A stretch of 64,000 nucleotides of DNA from a virus (IMGVR_UViG_3300042691_037350:32001-96000); one strand, 5' to 3'; shown: positions 32,301 to 39,627, counted from the stretch's first letter. Notes: a model not told the origin generated them from the letters alone. A program made the numbers and translations.

Positions 32301-33686
32301 ACTGATAGTATTGCTGCTGCGAATAATGAACAAAGAAGACAAGAATTAGAAAAAGCTAGACAAAAAGAGTTTGGAAAAGCCTCTAAACAAATAGGTAGAT
32401 TTGATGCATTAGCTCAAAGAGGTGCTATGGGTTCGCCAGGACAGCAAAAAGCTATACAAAACAATCTATTCAAGAAAATGATTAAAGCAGGATACATAGA
32501 CCCCTCTATGAGTGCAGAAGAAAATGCTCAAAGACTCTCCGCATTAAATATGAATGCTAATACGGTATCTTTCTTATATCCAAATCAAACTGGTGGTATG
32601 TTGGCTATGAAGAAAGCTCGTGGCGGCATAGTATATGCTGCTGAAGGACAATTAATTAATTTCCAACCACAAGGCACCGATACGGTTCCGGCTATGTTAA
32701 CTCCTGGGGAATTTGTTGTTAATGCTAAATCTACCCAAAAGCATTTACCTTTATTAAAAGCTATTAATAAGCAAAAGGGTGGCAAAATAGGTTATTATGA
32801 TGCTGGTGGCACTGTTGATTCATCGCTACTTAGAAATCAGCAAGCATCTACAAACGCTTCTAATATGCAAAATCAGGCTATTCGTTCTATTTATAATCAA
32901 ACATCTGTCATCAATAAGCGAACATCTGTTATTGATAATACTAGTTCCTCTTTAGAACAAAGTGTTAAACAAAATTATAATAATACTGATAAAGATTTAA
33001 ATAGAATACAAAATATAGCTAACGAAACACTATCCTCATCCGAAGCGACTAGATCTGGTTTAACTAGAACCGGCTATTTTAATCAAGGTGGGGTTGTTTA
33101 TGCGTCAAATGGTATGCTTATTCCATATAGGCCAAGAGGTACCGATACTGTGCCTGCTATGCTTACGCCGGGAGAATTTGTGGTTAATAAGCAGTCTACA
33201 GCTCAAAATCTACCATTATTAACAGCAATCAATAATGGTAATACATCTTTTATGTCCAAGGGCGGCAAAGTTAATTATATGGCGGGTGGTGGGTTATTAG
33301 GTCAAATTCTTGGTCCCATGTCGAATTCATTTGTATTGTTAACAGAATCTATTAAATTAAGTGTAAAAGCTCTACAAGACTATCAAAGACAATTAGCATC
33401 GACCCAACCAAATAGTGTATCTACTAATAGCGGTTCCGGACCATTGGCTGGCCTAGACGGATTAGGTCAATTTGTTGTAAAATTCGATCAGTTTATTGCA
33501 GCAGTAAATTCAATTAATTTACCACCGGTTATTAGTTTACAAGTAGCACCAATACAAGTTAATATCACAGGAGCAGAAGCGTTGACGCAAGCACTAGAAG
33601 GACCAATGGGAGAAATGCTGCATAAGCAAATTAGTTCCGCATTTGGAAGATTGTCTACTATAACCGAAGGCGCATTACCAGGGTAA
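23376..33686 (+). CDS. Tape measure protein (TP901-family core) with embedded cargo domains, 3,436 aa
   Basis: N-terminal core FNKELVRVAQVT...LAQAGLS...NAVSAKFAVEASDI...RESAETIATGLRTIFTR. A/Q/K-rich helical composition, glycine-zipper hydrophobic segments, five TPGEFV modules. Confidence 0.93.
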   Translation: MSRGFNLTAEINLRGPSNIRTVVADIRRQLGTVTADVNVRVNPTAIRNISALNQALGRLNTTLADTNRLGLQATNTLNSLANAGRQATNSIANLPRNIQNASTAVNRLSNTTNQAARNLQVARTEFEEFGRQSALAIRRFAAFATVTGAIFKVTNAISSASAEFIAFNKELVRVAQVTDTSVSNLGGLVKEITSLSTRFGVTSKELIQVSSTLAQAGLSARDTEKALKALALSAMAPSFDSLNDTVEGSIALMRQFNIGAKDLEKALGSVNAVSAKFAVEASDIITAIQRTGGVFAAASRGVSEGTDALNQFIAVFTSVRATTRESAETIATGLRTIFTRVQRASTIDALKEYGVVLTDLEGKFVGPYEAVRKLAEGLNQLDPRDLRFSRIVEELGGFRQIGKVIPLIQQFATAQQALIVAQKGQGSLANDAATAQQALAVKISKVREEFIALIRSVGQSDSFQNFVKLSLDLASALIKVADSAKGVLPALTAIAAIRGASFLTQFATGFAGGLRRRNSGGPIMGFAKGGLVPGSGNSDTVPAMLTPGEFVIRKKAVESLGVSRLSNINKYANGGPAKSPTKTLEKYYTDSSKINLGLANSKSLSKEDRKSLASDVKNLRQLRAQAPTQVYSAISSVAFDSMARQTGFNKKAAEGAGPLKEDRVFAAETQKIIGKAFKLPGFLSTSKEYSVAKMFLDNAPRTDNFGAMLNIKTKQGAKGIDTVSSLGGKQIDVSKTEIDPRSGKPTTYKMNQPDAEKEVILQPRSRFKIDKASFSGFLGGNKNLWMDVQQFNEGGLIEDIRGGLRQVGAAVLEPNSKRPKSDVLFSVTENKIKNALGLDKQESIKNLGFSNRLDMTGIVSGLTTPTSDTFNAALDNGIVQGINSAAAQISEKLQVSIGSIDDSTKNAFLSGINTGTRGNLFEDILTLMSGKFERISGRNFDFPNGMPSIKEGDFAGLPKKWIDAKASFGRATRSGEGSLESKTINQIRDEINKQRSKYIGLADKVEDKPQKANEDSLLSALKTKYSDRDSEAFKALNGSDRYAVEEALSTNKVSKNKLNKFRSLLGMATGGSISGEDTVPALLTPGEFVINKKAASRIGSAKLHQLNKADKLQGFNKGGPVGGFYRFARGGSAPGDYTANLEGAVQRAFQDFEGFMKTFGDMVNSRRDALYKLNRQSGMSAADAKQNADLRARGEGAQYLADRGVIRQGVATGLSRTLNPSGPEAQAGARFIVQSMQKAAQASQQVAQNSSRTAGFFDKLKNTASSVTSSVGGFLNKIRGANLTPEQRQDRRDRRQSIANLGMAATFAIPMLADQIGNSIGGTKGAGVAGAGASFGTAVGVGSQFGPYGALVGAIAGTVMAVDGYNQGIAEKEKELSQQKIESETKRIDSSLQQVEKNPQNAAATTAVVASLQKIAGEEEKVMSANRKLRQPTTLQKIGSYFGYETGKSTEDIAQENTAANKAASDVAMQLLTSKVNSGMGFDAALASTGNAALVKEQIAQGAGGEFAIKEARLREVRAKFEGKTDSTSKEIVANLDKALQENTDAAFASATAGLKAADADIQRAKAAKAVAKALNLASVSIDRTFSNMESAISKASAQLSMAGEDLDAIASGKISTKARFSQQNVLENPNAYSSAERSAAVQQAGGLFGRDLSFVTRLTEVGANIKNTMTRMGVDAQQSGKPKEMVAEEIQRTVDKQLRDAFGDNNLSRQISEQLKLALQNQLVDKESKEIDLDKLMSETTGLTSLLEAEKKAYKALADAAKLATDSINLYSEQIDKANAMLNEVNSMRGDSIATKASNDFRLTEVLGDKVGLRDRFGARLEEGAARAGVKPGQFNLPALQARLAQLSNNATGVQQNRDQFQQNNQLTDPKTIQGIANFNRSLSSLNNDIENTKKAIKDLPKDIQGFIDDTFSELQKKVSEFETKQQAGASFGEKLVTSTPQELLDLNNTYNLVNNTLNGQVRTIQQSIAAQQAYAKTINDGGNAMDAMNAAQNAFASENRAAFSMFSELISVAGIEKPQANQMRADFLETMAKSQGMNLQNNPLLNTIIANLRQVPQDDPEVARLKTLYQELQKAQQQAAEAARQIVVDDATKLITAAGDAVKKAIETARISFNEQQLNDVGLGISRPVDVMTKSKGGVVYASNGKFIPRGTDTVPAMLTPGEFVVNAKSASSHLPLLNAINKSKGGMVQYLEDGGPAVGSPMWRYNKAREMFGPTHRITMREGAAAGLNLNSLGNQIDPYLANNRTGNVSSSQAQQIVDDYSTSAAQYNTTNGFRNGLSTPVSGKPSRASVLPNNANFSTRLFANAADFGEGAYGIVKDVGGALRTGAGAVGRGIYGAASSVGDYFGRLRTFANAPYAGDDVAGGLWRTGVRAVRGASYIGYTGTRGLIRGLQGSNLGGGLATAGAGMAVDYALGSMGASEGLRSTASAAIDAGSTLQQGTQIGMGAAASARILAEMGIQSAYEVGSAVYDTKAYIDKKLEEGDAQQQARNDYGVVGGIGSNILGNIFGTDASIYRPGTWIPGRGIPAAIGRVSVNTGDAIKANQQAADTKKSVEAKQAEMNAQFPMLMEDGQTRNIGVLGEQWVRRRVELEKNKKKLTETEYQRQLAILNQDRDAVDVTKGWFSNTTTRRMSASNTDLDHAYKQEMGRMESEQAEAKQKAETQQAQQMAKTAERMYAAGAQAAETVGNFASNMWNSAVNTYNGWVKDSKDKAAARAEAQRIEKDNQTSASATRYIKHPAVPSLIESNNQLAAERSAKLARLMELNEPVNLVDKAQAEAEKEKRQQEKERLLKEINSINTQIVDSNMAVYAKTPSSEINAEWDAYNKNQAKLAKKAEMEKIRENKIAQNRAIEKEMGLRNSLAKATGLPMPRDPERMADWRAKVLKKIESKFYLSGDTAKDIELMSSYGMKPELAKEILQPMTDAQKDAIFSVMSNQTSGGLAKYSENDLKLLKMSKDDIIKQRLLAEQKYGTDSIAAANNEQRRQELEKARQKEFGKASKQIGRFDALAQRGAMGSPGQQKAIQNNLFKKMIKAGYIDPSMSAEENAQRLSALNMNANTVSFLYPNQTGGMLAMKKARGGIVYAAEGQLINFQPQGTDTVPAMLTPGEFVVNAKSTQKHLPLLKAINKQKGGKIGYYDAGGTVDSSLLRNQQASTNASNMQNQAIRSIYNQTSVINKRTSVIDNTSSSLEQSVKQNYNNTDKDLNRIQNIANETLSSSEATRSGLTRTGYFNQGGVVYASNGMLIPYRPRGTDTVPAMLTPGEFVVNKQSTAQNLPLLTAINNGNTSFMSKGGKVNYMAGGGLLGQILGPMSNSFVLLTESIKLSVKALQDYQRQLASTQPNSVSTNSGSGPLAGLDGLGQFVVKFDQFIAAVNSINLPPVISLQVAPIQVNITGAEALTQALEGPMGEMLHKQISSAFGRLSTITEGALPG
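24990..25028 (+). repeat. TMP module copy 1 core (DTVPAMLTPGEFV)
   Basis: Translated directly; flanked by FAKGG and YANGG. Confidence 0.95.
25101..25745 (+). other. ADP-ribosyltransferase domain (VIP2/C3/Alt-like, R-S-E class) inside the TMP
   Basis: Y(Y)TxxSxxINxxL helix, VYS at the usual VYR position (25263-25271), GFLSTS (25416-25433), EKEVILQPRSRFKI (from 25641). Confidence 0.8.
25761..26573 (+). other. PD-(D/E)xK restriction-endonuclease-like domain inside the TMP
   Basis: GNLFE helix (26127-26141), NFDFP (Asp codon at 26196) and WIDAK (26256-26270) occur in the canonical order and spacing. Confidence 0.6.
26604..26642 (+). repeat. TMP module copy 2 core (DTVPALLTPGEFV)
   Basis: Translated directly; flanked by MATGG, FNKGG and FARGG. 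Confidence 0.95.
29838..29876 (+). repeat. TMP module copy 3 core (DTVPAMLTPGEFV)
   Basis: Translated directly; flanked by KSKGG, KSKGG and LEDGG. Confidence 0.95.
32679..32717 (+). repeat. TMP module copy 4 core (DTVPAMLTPGEFV)
   Basis: Translated directly; flanked by KARGG, KQKGG and YDAGG. Confidence 0.95.
33144..33182 (+). repeat. TMP module copy 5 core (DTVPAMLTPGEFV)
   Basis: Translated directly; flanked by FNQGG, MSKGG and YMAGGG. Confidence 0.95.
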
Positions 33687-33713
33687 TTTCCAATATAAAA
33701 GGGTTTATAGATT

Positions 33714-36700
33714 ATGAGTCATGATATTATCACAGATACATTGAGCATTGGTACTGGTATACCATATGACACTATTATATCTACAGAATCTGGTGTCAAT
33801 ACTGTATTTAATCAGAATAAAAAAAATATAGATTTTGAAATTAGAGGCACAGGGAACTACGCTTCTTTATACTATGATGCATCTGCCGGTAGATTAGGCA
33901 TAGGCACAGGTTTACCAGACGCAGTATTGCATGTTATAGCGCCTTGTGCTAAAGATGGACTAATTTTAGAAAGTATTACTAATTGTCCCACTGGTGTCAC
34001 CCTCCTATTAGTGCATAATCCACAAACCCCACCACAAACTGGAAGTTATCCCGCCATTATCACCCTCGCTGGTAGAGACACTAATTATAATGAAATTGCC
34101 TATGGTCAAATTAAATCTAGGATATTAAATCCTGTTTCTTCTTCTACCAGTGGAGAAATTTTGTTTTTGGTTGATCATACCGGTGTTGCTAAAGAAGTAT
34201 TTGTTGCTGGGCTTACTAATTTAGTATTAGGGGCAAATAACAATGTATCTGGTTTTGCTTATGAAGTTATAGGGCATAATAATAAAGGATCCGGCAATTA
34301 TTATCTCAATATAGGTTCCAATAACTCCGGATCATTATTAAATAATTCATTAAATATTGGCAATGCAAATATTATACGCGGACCACACCTTTTCTCTATA
34401 TCTAGCGATTCTTCTTTAAATGGTAGTGGTCTTTTCGCTTTAGGTTTTGATAATTTAGTATCGGGCAACAATTCTCTCGTATGCGGCTCTAATATTGTTA
34501 GTACTGGTATTAATAGTTTATTAATCGCCAATAATAGTAATATTAGTGGTGGTTATACCATAGCGCTCATACAAAATTCTACAATTTCTGGTGCTTCTGG
34601 TATAGTTTTAGGCACCAATACTAGTCTATCAGGCAATAATAATATTGGTATAGGTAATAATAATAATATCAATGGGCATTCAACAAACGTAATTGGTTCT
34701 ACTGTAACCTCTTCTGGTAACAGAAATGTTATATTTGGAAATAATGTATTTTTGAGTGGTAATAATTTAATTGCGGTTGGATCCAATCAGATTGCATCAG
34801 GTATCAATGATGGTATTTTTATTGGTAACGATTTTGATTTAATTAATACTAGAAATGTTTTATATATAGGTTTTAATAATACTACCGAGTCTGGTTTGGC
34901 AAATAGTGTTATTCTTGGTGCTAATAATGATCTAGATAATGGTAGAATATCTCATATCCTATTATTGGGTCAAAATAATACTACTAAAGATATAGAAAAT
35001 TCTGTTATAATAGGAAACACAAATAACGCAAGCGGTACTCTCAAAAATAATATTTTAATAGGTAGTGGCAATGCGTTAATAGCAAATAATTATAATAATA
35101 TTTTCTTGGGCGCTTTAAATAATCAAACGGGCGTATATATTAATTCACAGGGAGAAGTAAGCGGCAATCCATTAGCTATTAATGCGAATAACACTAATTC
35201 TATTTCCATTGGAACACAAAATCTTTCCACATTAAGTAATTCAAACGTATTAGTGGGAAATAAAAATATAGTATCTGGTTTGAATGTTAGTGTTTTAGGA
35301 TCTTTTAATAATCTAAGAAATACTAATAAAATATATGTATTAGGTAATTCTAATTATTTAGAAGGTGAAAATCTTATAGTATTAGGTAAAAATATTTTTG
35401 GTTTAGGTAAAGATATTATTGGTATTAATAATACTGACTTGCCAATGGATATATATGGTAGTGGTTCTGTTTCCATAGGTAATAACACGGTAGTATGTAG
35501 TGGCATAGCGGTTGGTCACGGCAATAATATTAACGGTGTTTCTGGATTAATTTATGGTAGAAACAATGCTCTTGGTATTGCCAAGCACATGTTCACATAC
35601 TCTATTGCAACACCATCGCAAATTAATATAAATGGTTTAGTTGGAGCCTTCTATAAAGAAAATGATGAAGTCTTAGTACAGGTAAAAAATCCTGGTGGTA
35701 CTGATAACTTATATAAATTTCAATTAAATTCTGTTGTTGAAGATACGTTTAATACTAGAACCACATTAAATTTAGGCGGAGTTATTAATACCGCTGGATT
35801 ATCTAATAGATACTATGTATTAAATAATAGTTTTGATGATAATAATGCTCCTAATACTGTGGGTAGTGGTATTGTTATAGCATTAAAAAACTACGAAGCC
35901 TCAAAATTTTATGGTTCTAATAATATAGTGCTTGGTAGTAATAATAATGCTTTATATAGCGACAGCATTCTTATTGGTAATAGAAATAATTCGTCTGGTA
36001 ATAATACTATTGTTATTGGTCATGGGATTAGCGGAGTAGGTGATGGTTCAGTTCACATTGGTACTTCTAATGCTAATAAACTAATTCTAGACAATACTCA
36101 GATAGTTATAAACACCGGTACCGTACAACAACAAATTGTGGTTAGAGGTTCTAACGGTAATATTGTAGAATATCATGATTTAGTCAATTCTAGACTCGGA
36201 TTAAATAATTCATCACCAAGATCATCATTAGATGTAAGCGGCGTTGTAACAGCCCAAGCTTTTAGAATGGGTTTATCTACTACTAGTGGCTCGGTACTAA
36301 CCGCGGATGCTAGTGGGGTTGGGTCATGGGTATTGCCGGTCAATTTATCTGGTACTAATCAAGGATTACTATTTAGAGTTAGTGATAAAGTAGCTAGCGG
36401 TATAGATAGTATACGTTATGTTAGTGCTAGTACTGGTATTAATTTTTATGATAATATTTATATTTTAAGAAATTCTGGCATTATTGTTAATGCTGATAAA
36501 GGTACTAATATACTACCAGCCACGTTTACCGTTTGGGGTTCTGGAGGTGCGTTTGCTCCCAAGTTAATGGAATTATTACCAGCACAAAATGTAGCTAATT
36601 TTTATAGAATGACTGCTGAGTCTGGTACCTTAACAGGTTTAAGTGTAAATACAGCTATTAATATTCCAAGAAGTTTAACCGGCACTTTCTTATATGCTAC

Positions 36701-37988
36701 TACAGGAGGAAATCTTTTAAGTCAAACAGTTTATCCTCATAATGTTTTATTTAGCACATCAAATTCATGGGCTAGTGGAAATACTAAATTTAGATGGGTT
36801 GATCATCAGTCCACATTAGTTTTGGGTCAAACATCTGGCATAGTTTCAACAACACTATCTACCAATCCACTAGATACTACATATAATATAGTATTAAGTT
36901 CAGACTCTACTATTAATACATCATTTAATAATAGAGGACTAGCCAATGTCTTTTCTGTTTATAGATCAGGCGATGCTGGTACGTCTACGAGACAAGGTTT
37001 TCATATACTGCCATCTAGTGGTCAAGTAGGTATTAACACCACCACTGGAACTATTTTAAGTAGCGATGCTTCTCTTTATGTTAATGGTAAGATTGCAGCA
37101 AATGCACTTAAACTTAATTCTAATTCCGCAACAGGGCTATATCTTAGAACAACAACAAATGGAGATATAGTGACGGGTGGATTAGATATTTCTGTTGGTT
37201 TTAGTGGTACTTATCCTGTGAGAGCCACAACAAATACTGTTACAAATGTGGTAACTGTTGATTTAAACCCACTAAAGTCTAATAATTCTAGTTTTGAGTT
37301 AAATGAATATGGTAGAACTTTGGTTCATAATGGAACTAATTGGGTTGTTGGTTCTGGTTTACAGGTATGGCAAGATACTAATGGTAATGGCATAAAGGGA
37401 TTGTCGTTAGGTTATGGTGGTTCTTTAGGTGGTTCTGATGATGGTAATCCAAATTCATATAACGGTATAGTGTCTGCTGGTGGATCATTTAACTTGGGTA
37501 GTCCTATAAAAAGAGGTTCTTCTCAATTTAGTCAATTCTTCTTAAGAACACGCTCTTCAGATACTAATCAAACTCCATATTTTACTATGAATTGGCAGAC
37601 AACGGATGTATCATCGCAATCTAGATCAACATCCAATACTATTAAATTTCCCACTAGTAAACACGGTGTTTGGACATATACTGCATATGTTAATGTTTTA
37701 TGGTCAGATAATCAGGGTAATAATAAAGGCGCAGGAGGTTATGTTTTACAGGGAACGGTAGCTAATATAGATAATACAATAACACAAGTCGGTAGTGGCA
37801 CTGTCATAAAGAATGTATCTAGTACTACTCCCGCTAATAATGTGTCCATTGAATTAAACACGTATGGTGGTTATAATGTTATGGATTTAAGAGCATCTGG
37901 TGTTGGTGGATATGTAATGTTGTGGTCAGCCACCGTTGATATCAATCAATTACATTGGTCAACATCAGAATTGTATACTGCTACTTAA
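33714..37988 (+). CDS. Tail fibre/spike protein with long YadA-head-like (IGxxN) beta-roll repeats
   Basis: 1,424 aa. GRLGIGTGLPDAVLHV and RLGLNNSSPRSSLDVSG fibre motifs; dozens of IG/LG-x-x-N units; C-terminal domain similar to that of 13692..16280. Confidence 0.75.
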   Translation: MSHDIITDTLSIGTGIPYDTIISTESGVNTVFNQNKKNIDFEIRGTGNYASLYYDASAGRLGIGTGLPDAVLHVIAPCAKDGLILESITNCPTGVTLLLVHNPQTPPQTGSYPAIITLAGRDTNYNEIAYGQIKSRILNPVSSSTSGEILFLVDHTGVAKEVFVAGLTNLVLGANNNVSGFAYEVIGHNNKGSGNYYLNIGSNNSGSLLNNSLNIGNANIIRGPHLFSISSDSSLNGSGLFALGFDNLVSGNNSLVCGSNIVSTGINSLLIANNSNISGGYTIALIQNSTISGASGIVLGTNTSLSGNNNIGIGNNNNINGHSTNVIGSTVTSSGNRNVIFGNNVFLSGNNLIAVGSNQIASGINDGIFIGNDFDLINTRNVLYIGFNNTTESGLANSVILGANNDLDNGRISHILLLGQNNTTKDIENSVIIGNTNNASGTLKNNILIGSGNALIANNYNNIFLGALNNQTGVYINSQGEVSGNPLAINANNTNSISIGTQNLSTLSNSNVLVGNKNIVSGLNVSVLGSFNNLRNTNKIYVLGNSNYLEGENLIVLGKNIFGLGKDIIGINNTDLPMDIYGSGSVSIGNNTVVCSGIAVGHGNNINGVSGLIYGRNNALGIAKHMFTYSIATPSQININGLVGAFYKENDEVLVQVKNPGGTDNLYKFQLNSVVEDTFNTRTTLNLGGVINTAGLSNRYYVLNNSFDDNNAPNTVGSGIVIALKNYEASKFYGSNNIVLGSNNNALYSDSILIGNRNNSSGNNTIVIGHGISGVGDGSVHIGTSNANKLILDNTQIVINTGTVQQQIVVRGSNGNIVEYHDLVNSRLGLNNSSPRSSLDVSGVVTAQAFRMGLSTTSGSVLTADASGVGSWVLPVNLSGTNQGLLFRVSDKVASGIDSIRYVSASTGINFYDNIYILRNSGIIVNADKGTNILPATFTVWGSGGAFAPKLMELLPAQNVANFYRMTAESGTLTGLSVNTAINIPRSLTGTFLYATTGGNLLSQTVYPHNVLFSTSNSWASGNTKFRWVDHQSTLVLGQTSGIVSTTLSTNPLDTTYNIVLSSDSTINTSFNNRGLANVFSVYRSGDAGTSTRQGFHILPSSGQVGINTTTGTILSSDASLYVNGKIAANALKLNSNSATGLYLRTTTNGDIVTGGLDISVGFSGTYPVRATTNTVTNVVTVDLNPLKSNNSSFELNEYGRTLVHNGTNWVVGSGLQVWQDTNGNGIKGLSLGYGGSLGGSDDGNPNSYNGIVSAGGSFNLGSPIKRGSSQFSQFFLRTRSSDTNQTPYFTMNWQTTDVSSQSRSTSNTIKFPTSKHGVWTYTAYVNVLWSDNQGNNKGAGGYVLQGTVANIDNTITQVGSGTVIKNVSSTTPANNVSIELNTYGGYNVMDLRASGVGGYVMLWSATVDINQLHWSTSELYTAT

Positions 37989-38025
37989 TAAAATTAAGAG
38001 GACATGTTGATAGGAATAATAATAT

Positions 38026-39627
38026 ATGTCATATATTAAATATGGATCATTTAACTTTATCGCTGATAGCGGTTATCCTGTACCTCAAATTTCTATATCG
38101 GTTGATCAGGATCGAGATGGTGCTGGTCGTGCCATTGGCTCAAAAACAGTAATAAGTTTAGAGGGGCTCGTATATGCTGCTAGTGGTAGCAGAGGATTTG
38201 AAATATTAACTTCTAAAGAGAGTGGTTTAAGAGAAGCTTTTAGATACGATGGTCAGTTATTACAAATAGGTTGTACGGGCGTGGGCGGTTTAAATTTGCC
38301 TCCGTATTTTTCTGGATATCCAAAAGTTAATAGGTATACAGCAGATAAAACAGATAACTATTGGGTAAATACGATAGCCTATAGTATAGAACTACAAATA
38401 GAAAGTAGTGGTAATGGTAGTGGAATATTTGCTGTTTCTAGTACACAGGATGAATGGAATATAGAAACATTAGATGATAACTCATTTGTTAATAATCCGG
38501 TCGGTGCAAATATCTTGAGACAAGCCCTGACCATCCCAGAGGGTTCGGGTTTTCCAACGTACAGAGTTAGTAGAACACTAGGCGCGGTGGGTAAATTCAT
38601 ACCAACAGGCCCAGGCGGATCAGGAATAAGTCCGGTAGAAAATGCTAAAAAATGGGTAACATATCAAGCATCTACTGGTATAAATATTAGCGGCATTATT
38701 AGTGGATTACAACTTTATAATTTTACTAGAGCTATTAGTCTTAGTGATATTGATGGTTCATATAGAATCACAGACAACTGGATAGCCGTACCGTCTGGAG
38801 CATTAAATGGAAATTATATAGAGTCGTATACAGTAGAGAGTTCACTAGATAATTCTTATTTAAGAAGTGTTGTTTTGAACGGTACTATAAAAGGTTTAGA
38901 GCCATTTAACACTGGGGTTATTTATCAAAGCACAACTTTAGGTAGTGGTATAAGCGGCAGTTTATATGCCACCGCAGCCGGCCCAGTCAGAATAGGTAGC
39001 ACTAGTAAATTTGATAAAGCAATATCTGGATATAGTGGCATTAAAAATAGACTCTATGATAGAGCACAATCGTTTTTGGCAAAATCTAATGATCCTAGCG
39101 GCATCTTTAGAAGATTTTTTGGAAAAGACGAAGCCGGACTCAACCCACTGCCACTTTCTATCACAGAAGGCTTTAATCCCACAGAAGGTACCGTAACATA
39201 TAGCTGGACCTATAATAATAGACCATTAAATCTGGTTAGCGGTTCTATTAGTGAAGTATTAAGTGTAAACGATAATTTCCCCACACAACAAGTTGCAGAA
39301 ATTTTTGTTTTGGGTAGAAGATTGGGTCCGATTTTACAAGATCTTGGAACTTATACCACTGCTAGTAGAGACGTTACTTTTGAAGTCATAATGTTAAGAC
39401 CTACTGGTTTAAGCGGACTAAACTTTCCCAAAACAGCCTATACAGCTATTACTGGTATAGTAGAAACATTTAATCCTGCTTATTTATTTGGTGCTGGTAA
39501 CCAATGTAAATCGTTTGTTAAAACTAATACAGAAAATTGGAATGTGTCCGAAGGTAGATTTGTTAAAACTAAAGGTTGGTCATGGACAAAATGCGACGAT
39601 GTTCCTGGTGCAAATCCGAATTTATGA
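38026..39627 (+). CDS. Putative distal tail/tail-tip structural protein
   Basis: 533 aa, beta-rich with repeated G-T/S-V-T-Y-S strand patterns. Downstream of TMP; function is inferred. Confidence 0.45.
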   Translation: MSYIKYGSFNFIADSGYPVPQISISVDQDRDGAGRAIGSKTVISLEGLVYAASGSRGFEILTSKESGLREAFRYDGQLLQIGCTGVGGLNLPPYFSGYPKVNRYTADKTDNYWVNTIAYSIELQIESSGNGSGIFAVSSTQDEWNIETLDDNSFVNNPVGANILRQALTIPEGSGFPTYRVSRTLGAVGKFIPTGPGGSGISPVENAKKWVTYQASTGINISGIISGLQLYNFTRAISLSDIDGSYRITDNWIAVPSGALNGNYIESYTVESSLDNSYLRSVVLNGTIKGLEPFNTGVIYQSTTLGSGISGSLYATAAGPVRIGSTSKFDKAISGYSGIKNRLYDRAQSFLAKSNDPSGIFRRFFGKDEAGLNPLPLSITEGFNPTEGTVTYSWTYNNRPLNLVSGSISEVLSVNDNFPTQQVAEIFVLGRRLGPILQDLGTYTTASRDVTFEVIMLRPTGLSGLNFPKTAYTAITGIVETFNPAYLFGAGNQCKSFVKTNTENWNVSEGRFVKTKGWSWTKCDDVPGANPNL

